Shown: positions 47,114 through 48,455 of the stretch, in pieces
How the letters are laid out: the number at the start of each line of letters is the position of its first letter
How positions within the stretch are numbered: the stretch's first letter is position 1
Source: Bacteroidota bacterium
Lineage (GTDB): Bacteria; Bacteroidota; Ignavibacteria; T3Sed10-11
DNA length: 48,455 nt
Reading direction: 5' to 3'
Assembly: GCA_007128495.1 (NCBI GenBank)
Contig: SKXH01000186.1
Location: forward strand, 1-48,455
The notes under the pieces: model-generated
The model's input: only the letters and a program-made list of their open reading frames with translations
Databases searched by the model: none
What the model was told of the DNA's origin: nothing
Made by a program: the position numbers and the translations under genes

Positions 47114-47701
47114 TTAGGAACCGATCGTATGGCGGTAAGAATGGGCGATGAGAAAAAGGAGTTCAGCATGCTGGATGTTCACCAAATCTGAGTCGGCGGC
47201 ATTTCCGGAATTTTGGGCTTTTTCAACTAATTGGTTGAATGATTCGGGATTCCAACCATTCGTTGTCAAAAGCTCCTTTTTAATATTGTCCGGTTCATAC
47301 TGGGTAACATAATCGTACACAAGAGAAAAAACCGGATGTTCTCCCGTCTTACGGAACCAGTAGTTTGAATTCCATATATCTGGCTCACGGCGATGGATGA
47401 TGGCGTGAAAATAACTACCTTCGGCTGTGGGAGTGTTCTGTGCTAATTTGTGCGCTTCATCTTCGCAGTCATTCCAGATCAGCAGGCCGCTTATTACCGC
47501 TTGCGCACAGTTATGATCTTTAACAGGTTCGGGTTGAAATAGCTCATCCGGATTAACGGATACAAGATATTTCTGCAGTTCTCTGTTATATGGATTCGAA
47601 AAAACCAAACCCGGGTAATGGCTTCGTAGATCACCGATGATCTTTTTTATTTCCTTTGCTTTTATCGACCCGGTAAAATCGTCAATCAGTTGATTAATCA
47701 T
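47114..47701 (-). CDS. hypothetical cytoplasmic protein
   Basis: Clean 195-aa ORF with an ATG start that overlaps the upstream stop by 8 nt (ATGATTAA). The conserved-looking core is 'LLIWNDCEDEAHKLAQ...GSYFHAIIHRREPDIWNSNYWFRKTGEHP'. No family named. Confidence 0.6.
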   Translation of the reverse strand: MINQLIDDFTGSIKAKEIKKIIGDLRSHYPGLVFSNPYNRELQKYLVSVNPDELFQPEPVKDHNCAQAVISGLLIWNDCEDEAHKLAQNTPTAEGSYFHAIIHRREPDIWNSNYWFRKTGEHPVFSLVYDYVTQYEPDNIKKELLTTNGWNPESFNQLVEKAQNSGNAADSDLVNIQHAELLFLIAHSYRHTIGS

Positions 47702-48455
47702 ACCTTTTCAACGGTATCGTTACTCTTTCGGGTTTTTGCTCGTCAAATCGAAATACTTCATTATCATTAAAACCAATGCCGTCGAACATTTCGTTGACGA
47801 ACGTTACTGCGCCGGTTTCCCCGTCTATTTCAAATACCCGCCAGGTATTGCCCACTTTAACTTCCGGGGCATCATCACCGGCTATATCGAATTCATAAGC
47901 AAGCCCGTCTTCAGAAAAAACACGAACCTTCGCATTCGACTGTACCGCAAGCGACGAATCTCCTTCCGCTTCATTCGCCGAGTAATTATGGACACTGAAC
48001 CGGTAAGTTCCCGAAATAAGTTTTTTAATTGCAATACTTTCAGGGCCAAATCCGCCCCGGCGGTCGCTTATCAGACGTGCGATCGTTTCACCGTCGGTAC
48101 TCTGCCCAATTTTATTGTTCCAGTAAACGTGAAATCGATTACCGTCTCCCTTCGGGCCTGTTAGATGTGCATCAAGATCTGATGGGGAGCTTCCCCACGT
48201 TAACACAACACGATATTCATCTTCGATGTCTGACGGTGGAATTGAGGTGATCCCTGTATCCAGGGTATCGGGCGGAGCGATACTTAAAAACGTCGTACCG
48301 ATAAGGTCCAGATATCCCGAATGCGAATAGACGAGTCGTAGATTAACACTTTGCTCGATGGTTATGGTGTCGCTCCATTCGCCATCGGCGTTGGTTACCG
48401 GACTGGTAATGTAATTTCCGCTACCGTAATCGGCACCGACACGGTATATCGACAC
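47694..48455 (-). CDS. DUF2135 (YfaP-like) domain protein, N-terminus outside window
   Basis: 'YRVVLTWGSSPSDLDAHLTGP...FHVYWNNK...SDRRGGFGPESIAIKKLISGTYRFSVHNYS' resembles the DUF2135 core of YfaP. The ORF is open to the window edge. Confidence 0.55.
   Translation of the reverse strand: MSIYRVGADYGSGNYITSPVTNADGEWSDTITIEQSVNLRLVYSHSGYLDLIGTTFLSIAPPDTLDTGITSIPPSDIEDEYRVVLTWGSSPSDLDAHLTGPKGDGNRFHVYWNNKIGQSTDGETIARLISDRRGGFGPESIAIKKLISGTYRFSVHNYSANEAEGDSSLAVQSNAKVRVFSEDGLAYEFDIAGDDAPEVKVGNTWRVFEIDGETGAVTFVNEMFDGIGFNDNEVFRFDEQKPERVTIPLKRYD

Noticed and set aside
1-48455. Search for tRNA, rRNA, CRISPR repeats, transposases, integrases, toxin-antitoxin pairs, restriction-modification or other known defence genes
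   Set aside because: None were seen. Intergenic regions lack T-loop (GGTTCGAATCC-like) signatures and regularly spaced direct repeats, and no ORF carries DDE, tyrosine-recombinase or nuclease/methylase motifs I could recognise. The protease duplication therefore looks like local amplification, not a mobile island.

Overview
This is a 48.5-kb, gene-dense and moderately AT-rich chromosomal window with about 40 protein genes. I found no rRNA, tRNA, CRISPR array, transposase, integrase or recognisable defence gene by eye.

Host inference: the organism is Gram-negative, because lpxB, a DUF374 gene and lpxK are present. It uses type IX secretion, because two cargo proteins end in the 'QNYPNPFNPST...' C-terminal sorting domain. 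That points to an FCB-superphylum lineage (Ignavibacteriota-, Marinisomatota- or Calditrichota-like). This is inference only.

Most of the window is housekeeping:
- Translation and RNA modification: cysS (5' partial), arfB, queA.
- Carbon metabolism: pyk, ppdK, glgP-type phosphorylase, glycerate kinase, mgsA.
- Other core functions: ispD, smc, a cold-shock protein, a Sir2 deacylase, a penicillin-acylase-family Ntn hydrolase.

I cannot demonstrate one clear-cut novel multi-gene system from sequence alone. The most unusual items are listed here.
1. A tandem ~4.2-kb duplication carries two gaplessly alignable 1173-aa S8 proteases with T9SS sorting domains. A 39-nt copy of the pyk 3' end sits at the duplication junction, and a conserved bidirectional terminator hairpin shows a compensatory base-pair change.
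2. A lipoprotein has a 38% Tyr/Trp/Phe module followed by a ~300-aa lysine-free Arg/Ser/Thr tail. It lies between two outer-membrane barrel genes.
3. An RsrA-like soluble zinc anti-sigma factor and an ECF sigma factor sit in an operon with OsmC, thioredoxin and a second OsmC.
4. A GH2-like protein appears to lack both catalytic glutamates and is fused to a polytopic membrane domain just upstream of smc. It is preceded by an overlapping pair made of a DUF2135-like gene and an unknown gene.
5. A stand-alone bacterial eRF1/Pelota-like (baeRF-like) protein is present.
6. The pyruvate phosphate dikinase carries a ~45-aa histone-H1-like Lys/Ala tail.
7. An EVE-domain gene is tightly coupled to a membrane HExxH zincin gene.

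All product calls rest on motifs I recognise by eye. No database search or folding calculation was possible.
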